Origin: a virus
Lineage: Duplodnaviria; Caudoviricetes
DNA: 57,430 bases
Direction: 5' to 3' (one strand)
IMG/VR virus record: IMGVR_UViG_3300047557_002126
Coordinates: 1-57,430 of that record
Positions 54,853 through 57,430 of the stretch are shown piece by piece. Below the pieces are notes generated by a model. That model was not told where the DNA came from. It worked only from the letters and a program-made list of their open reading frames with translations, and searched no databases. Position numbers and translations under genes: made by a program. Within the stretch, counting starts at the first letter, position 1. Every line of letters begins with the position of its first letter.

Positions 54853-55447
54853 ATGACATTTTTGTGATTTTAGCAAATTTTAGAAAATGTAATTTTTGCT
54901 AAAAAGTTATTTGCGCATTACTTGTATAGTCGGATAGTAACCTGCGACATTTCTGGGTATATTTCACTTTTACAAATTTATATTTTGGTGTTATTCCAGG
55001 GTTTAATTACACGTTTTTTCTGCGGCAACGTGAGGTTTTGACCCTCAAAATGCTGTTGGCTACTCGATTCTTCTCCACCCACCCACCCGAGAGGGAATAC
55101 GGGAAGAAAAAAAGAAAGGGGGTGGTGGTAACAATTATAGTAGCAGCGCGAGCGTGAGTGAAGCCTGCTGCGATTGAAGGTTAGTTTAAGTTACCTGACT
55201 ACGTTTATATGTAGTATAAGCGTAGAGGAACTGTCATAATGCGTAGATTAACCTACGCTATAATCCCTAACCTTCCATTATATCCTAGGCTAGCTCGCGG
55301 GAGATGGGAGAAAGAAGACAGTTGTAATTGAGAATTATATGTTGAGAGATTGAAGGTATGTAATTGAAGAAGATGAAGATTGTGTAACAAGTGATCGGGG
55401 GCTGCGCATCCGTAACACGCAGATGTTCCACTACTCAGCTCAACACA

Positions 55448-55627
55448 ATGGTCATTAGCTGCACTTATGTAACTGATGAAGCTGTCTACGAGTTCCAGGT
55501 GAACAAGACAGAAGATTGCGCTCGTGTAACTAAGTGGGTCCGTAAGGGCGCACGTGGTTATGACAAGAGCACAAGCATGACTGTTTCAATGGCACGCAAG
55601 TTGGCCAAGCAACTTGTTAATAGCTGA
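55448..55627 (+). CDS. early hypothetical protein
   Basis: ATG after a CAACACA leader. Confidence 0.65.
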   Translation: MVISCTYVTDEAVYEFQVNKTEDCARVTKWVRKGARGYDKSTSMTVSMARKLAKQLVNS

Positions 55628-55695
55628 TCCGTATAAGCGGGACCCAGGGTGCAAACCCCTGGGCAGTAATTGCCTCCAGCGGAGATAGGCACCGC
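55623..55695 (+). ncRNA. early intergenic structured element, copy 1
   Basis: CCG-TATAAG-CGG; CCCAGGG-TGCAAAC-CCCTGGG; ATTGCCT...AGGCA. Confidence 0.6.
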
Positions 55696-55711
55696 ACCAC
55701 AGCACAACACC

Positions 55712-55876
55712 ATGGCTGTACGTAAGACCATTGCTCAGCAACTCTCCAAAGCTGCTAAGGCTCTGGAGAATGATAAGAGCAAGGAGAAGCTTGGCGTTGC
55801 AATGTTTACTGCAAGGGTTGCATTGGCGAATGCCATCATGCCCAAGCAATTCAACATGCCGACCAGGAAGAACTGA
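55712..55876 (+). CDS. early hypothetical protein
   Basis: ATG after ACAACACC. Confidence 0.65.
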   Translation: MAVRKTIAQQLSKAAKALENDKSKEKLGVAMFTARVALANAIMPKQFNMPTRKN

Positions 55877-55886
55877 TCCATTTACT

Positions 55887-55953
55887 GCTGAGTACCAAGC
55901 GTGATGCTGGGGATCGAATCCCCACTCAGCTATTGCCAGCCGCCAAGGCTGGC
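55887..55953 (+). ncRNA. early intergenic structured element, copy 2
   Basis: GCTGAG/CTCAGC closing stem; TGGGG-ATCGAAT-CCCCA; TATT then GCCAGCC/GGCTGGC. Confidence 0.6.
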
Positions 55954-55967
55954 CTACATCACAACAC

Positions 55968-56150
55968 ATGCGTACTTTCTTCATCTCCTTCAGCACTGCG
56001 ATGACTGCTGGCATGATGCTTATTGCTCCAACCATTGCTCATCACTTGCATGAGGCAACTCTCAAGCAATGTGTAATGCATGATTGGCCAGCGCACCAGG
56101 CTGAAGCACACCTCAAGTTCTGCGCTGATTACGTCAAGCAGAACGGCTAA
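55968..56150 (+). CDS. early small protein with N-terminal hydrophobic segment
   Basis: QC..HDWP..Q...H..FC pattern. Confidence 0.7.
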   Translation: MRTFFISFSTAMTAGMMLIAPTIAHHLHEATLKQCVMHDWPAHQAEAHLKFCADYVKQNG

Positions 56151-56213
56151 TTCGTCAAAGCGAGTGGCAGGGTGCAAACCCCTGCCTAGCTATTGCCACA
56201 CACTGAGTGTGGC
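56145..56213 (+). ncRNA. early intergenic structured element, copy 3
   Basis: TCG-TCAAAG-CGA; GGCAGGG-TGCAAAC-CCCTGCC; TATT then GCCACAC/GTGTGGC. Confidence 0.6.
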
Positions 56214-56224
56214 TACCTATCAAA

Positions 56225-56305
56225 ATGCTTACTATCTTTGCATTGATCGTGGCTGCACCCTTCGTACTCGACTATATCGAGAAGAAGGGTAAGACACGTA
56301 AGTGA
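56225..56305 (+). CDS. 26-aa membrane micropeptide MLTIFALIVAAPFVLDYIEKKGKTRK
   Basis: Translated by hand; lies after element copy 3, as the other early genes follow theirs. Confidence 0.5.
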   Translation: MLTIFALIVAAPFVLDYIEKKGKTRK

Positions 56306-56341
56306 TCTTGTCTAATCATCTGTTCAACTACAACTCAATCC

Positions 56342-56569
56342 ATGTTTATCTATCAACCTTTCATCAACTCAGGCGACCGTGTCGCTTGGTATGGCGGTGA
56401 GTCCACACAACTGCACTACGAAGTACAGGTGGATGGACACGATGGCAATCCTGATTGGATTGAACGTGGTGTCCGTACACTAGGCGGTGGCATACCAGTA
56501 GGTATGTCCGAGCTACATGCAGAGCTTGTGGACTACTACAACTACTGCCAAACCACTGACGGTATCTGA
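56342..56569 (+). CDS. early hypothetical protein
   Basis: ORF track; C/A-rich leader. Confidence 0.7.
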   Translation: MFIYQPFINSGDRVAWYGGESTQLHYEVQVDGHDGNPDWIERGVRTLGGGIPVGMSELHAELVDYYNYCQTTDGI

Positions 56570-56571
56570 TC

Positions 56572-56772
56572 ATGAAGAACGAACTATTCCAAGTCAATCT
56601 CGCTGTCATGATGGGCATTGGTATTGGTGCATTGCTTTGTGTCTTCGGACAGAAGGCAATTAATGCATACAGTATCCGTACATGCCCATCGAAACCAGAC
56701 CATGTGCTGGTTCGTATGACCAACAGTTTTGTGGGCGACGCAGTTTATTGTGTCGAACGCAAGTATGTTTGA
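56572..56772 (+). CDS. early small membrane protein
   Basis: TM segment then C...GD..YC. Confidence 0.7.
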   Translation: MKNELFQVNLAVMMGIGIGALLCVFGQKAINAYSIRTCPSKPDHVLVRMTNSFVGDAVYCVERKYV

Positions 56773-56839
56773 TTCTTGCACGAAGGGCCTACGGGCCTTT
56801 CCTGCAGGATTCACTCCTGCATTCAATGTCAACGCAACC

Positions 56840-57040
56840 ATGAAACATGTTGTTAAGCTTGGTGCCAAGCAGTACGTAACACTTGATTCTTACGGTGGGT
56901 CTTATGAGACTCGACGCAAGGAACAAGTCATCGTGCTGATCCTTGGCATCCTTGTTGCTGCACTCAGCATTGGCGCACTGATGGGCGCTGACATCACTCA
57001 ATTCGAACCTCAACTCACCAATGGGCAACCTCGCAATTGA
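56840..57040 (+). CDS. early small membrane protein
   Basis: ATG after CGCAACC; one TM segment. Confidence 0.65.
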   Translation: MKHVVKLGAKQYVTLDSYGGSYETRRKEQVIVLILGILVAALSIGALMGADITQFEPQLTNGQPRN

Positions 57041-57347
57041 AACTGCTCTGATCGAAGAACGTATTGAGACACTCAGGCAGAAACTACTGGAGAACTACAA
57101 GTCTCAGTACCACAAGACACAAGTGGATTTTAACCTGGTCAAAGGCAAGAAGTATTACAAGCTTGTCCTGATGGATCCAGGTGCCTCTGTCCACTGCTTC
57201 ATCAGTCGTCAGACTGGTGCCGTATACAAGCCAGCTACATGGCAAAGACCAGCGGCCCATGCACGGTACAACTTGTTGGATGACATCTCATTTGCTGAGT
57301 GTCTACGCCGTGCTGACTGGGCTGGAAATTATTTGTATTTGAGGTAA
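57021..57347 (+). CDS. conserved cyanophage early protein
   Basis: GKKYYK...VHCF....G.VYKPA.W..PA.H.RY.L...ADW.G.YLY pattern. Confidence 0.8.
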   Translation: MGNLAIETALIEERIETLRQKLLENYKSQYHKTQVDFNLVKGKKYYKLVLMDPGASVHCFISRQTGAVYKPATWQRPAAHARYNLLDDISFAECLRRADWAGNYLYLR

Positions 57348-57349
57348 CT

Positions 57350-57430
57350 ATGAACTCTCCTTACCAGAAACGAATGAATAAGCTTCGTGAAGCATTTGGA
57401 AACAAGTGCATTAAATGCGGAGCTAAAGAC
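57350..57430 (+). CDS. probable HNH endonuclease, N terminus only (truncated by window)
   Basis: GAGG SD; MNSPYQKRMNKLREAFGNKCIKCG with a CxxC pair. Confidence 0.55.
   Translation, partial: MNSPYQKRMNKLREAFGNKCIKCGAKD

Noticed and set aside
55900-55935. GGATCGAATCCCC as part of a real tRNA gene
   Set aside because: No anticodon arm, canonical D arm or 7-bp acceptor stem with CCA; reported instead as a tRNA-like element.
55623-56213. Early repeats as a CRISPR mini-array
   Set aside because: Copies are not identical, are ~260 nt apart and are separated by ORFs; no cas genes.

Overview
A 57.4-kb segment of a tailed dsDNA cyanophage. The host is probably a phycobilisome-bearing picocyanobacterium, inferred from hli, NblA-like and CP12-like genes. 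From left to right it holds: (i) small minus-strand genes including a SAM methyltransferase and hli; (ii) a replication block with a PD-(D/E)XK exonuclease, a Prim-Pol/PriCT-2/D5 primase-helicase, speD and a GT4, followed by a non-coding region with TGAGAC iterons and a long inverted repeat (origin candidate); (iii) lysis and tail-fibre genes; (iv) a plus-strand island with an HTH protein, a Dam-like methylase, dcd and DUF3310; (v) a long minus-strand morphogenesis region with lysozymes, an M23 peptidase, N4-gp56-type major capsid, scaffold, portal, terminase and many low-complexity putative internal virion proteins; (vi) a ~600-bp non-coding divergence region followed by small early genes separated by repeated structured elements. 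I recognised no rRNA, complete tRNA, CRISPR array, integrase, DNA polymerase, tail sheath or tape-measure gene. The most interesting signals are: repeated tRNA-elbow-like RNA elements in the early region; a structured leader plus an unannotated signal-peptide/heptapeptide micro-ORF; the origin-like inverted repeat; an HNH gene bounded by 10-bp direct repeats; a 584-nt portal/scaffold overlap; and a permuted M23 peptidase. All family calls come from recognising motifs by eye, not from database searches.
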